A stretch of DNA of 64,000 bases from Thiomicrorhabdus sp. (GTDB lineage: Bacteria; Pseudomonadota; Gammaproteobacteria; Thiomicrospirales; Thiomicrospiraceae): contig NZ_JBFHFC010000001.1 in assembly GCF_041583835.1 (NCBI RefSeq), forward strand, positions 151,524 to 215,523. Reading direction: 5' to 3'. The translations under genes and the position numbers were made by a program. Position 1 is the first letter of the stretch. Every line of letters starts with the position of its first letter. Below are positions 63,524-64,000 of the stretch, piece after piece. A model generated the notes under the pieces. It searched no databases, was not told the DNA's origin, and worked only from the letters and a program-made list of their open reading frames with translations.

Positions 63524-63994
63524 TTATTCTTGCTCCCATCGGTTTCTAAAATTGATCCAAATGTCCAATAAACCAATGGTTGCGAGTATCAGCATAGCTT
63601 GAGGAAACAGAAACAACAGTACATACAATGTCACCAACCACGCCTTATGGAGTTTTTTTACGGCAACCGTCTGATGCGCAATGGCCAAGCCTTGAAACAT
63701 CAAACCGGCTACCATTACACCGGACAAATCGTAGACAATTCCGTACCCCGTCCCCGAAACCAATCCGGCAATCGCTAAAACAATAGCGACATAAGCGGTC
63801 GATTTAGGTAACGCCATCTGATAAAAATCAGACTGGAACTGCCCGGGATGGTACAAGTTGCCTTGCCACCAACGTGCCAAGACCAAAATTGAAAACCAAA
63901 GCGCAACGGCAAACATCGCTAAAAGCATGGTTACCATATTTGCGAATGCCGAAATTGCATCGGGTTGATATTCAACACCAGAAGCTTCCAACAT
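63524..63994 (-). CDS. Integral membrane protein (DUF2232-like gene found between rpsR and rplI), probably 5'-truncated by the window edge
   Basis: Multi-TM protein immediately upstream of rplI. The reading frame runs to within 6 nt of the window end. Confidence 0.5.
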   Translation of the reverse strand: MLEASGVEYQPDAISAFANMVTMLLAMFAVALWFSILVLARWWQGNLYHPGQFQSDFYQMALPKSTAYVAIVLAIAGLVSGTGYGIVYDLSGVMVAGLMFQGLAIAHQTVAVKKLHKAWLVTLYVLLFLFPQAMLILATIGLLDIWINFRNRWEQE

Positions 63995-64000
63995 TGGTTT

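Overview
This window looks like a core-chromosome segment of a gammaproteobacterium. CbbY, the gene order and the AT-leaning intergenic regions suggest a Thiomicrospira/Hydrogenovibrio-type sulfur-oxidising autotroph, but that is inference only. I support about 69 protein-coding genes and one Ala(GGC)-Glu(UUC)-Gly(GCC)-Glu(UUC) tRNA operon with a near-consensus sigma70 promoter, plus several clear rho-independent terminators.

I saw no rRNA, CRISPR array, transposase, integrase or phage gene. Most content is housekeeping:
- eno-ftsB, surE-pcm-nlpD, alaC-hom-thrC, recJ, dksA
- zipA-ligA, the yciB/yciI/trpH/yciO block, rluB, gltX
- gnd-zwf-pgl, relA, dusA-xseA-xseB, rpoN, and the rplI-dnaB-alr-nudF-norM array

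Nothing is an unambiguous new system. The best candidates for follow-up are:
1. A UmuD-like S24 self-cleaving peptidase with no DNA-binding domain, translationally coupled to a single-domain asparaginase-fold protein inside a yciB-yciI operon.
2. Three TehA/SLAC1-type (TDT) anion-channel paralogues, two of them divergent neighbours. One is chained to an M61 aminopeptidase and slyX.
3. An XseA with an extra N-terminal DUF5710-like module.
4. A DksA keeping only one of the four zinc-finger cysteines.
5. A 478-bp G-poor non-coding tract and an orphan membrane gene just upstream of an rpoN that sits outside its usual lptB-rpoN-hpf context. A bicupin and a two-component pair follow rpoN.
6. A CbbY / HopJ / FGGY-kinase neighbourhood.

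All family assignments come from motif recognition by eye, not from database searches.
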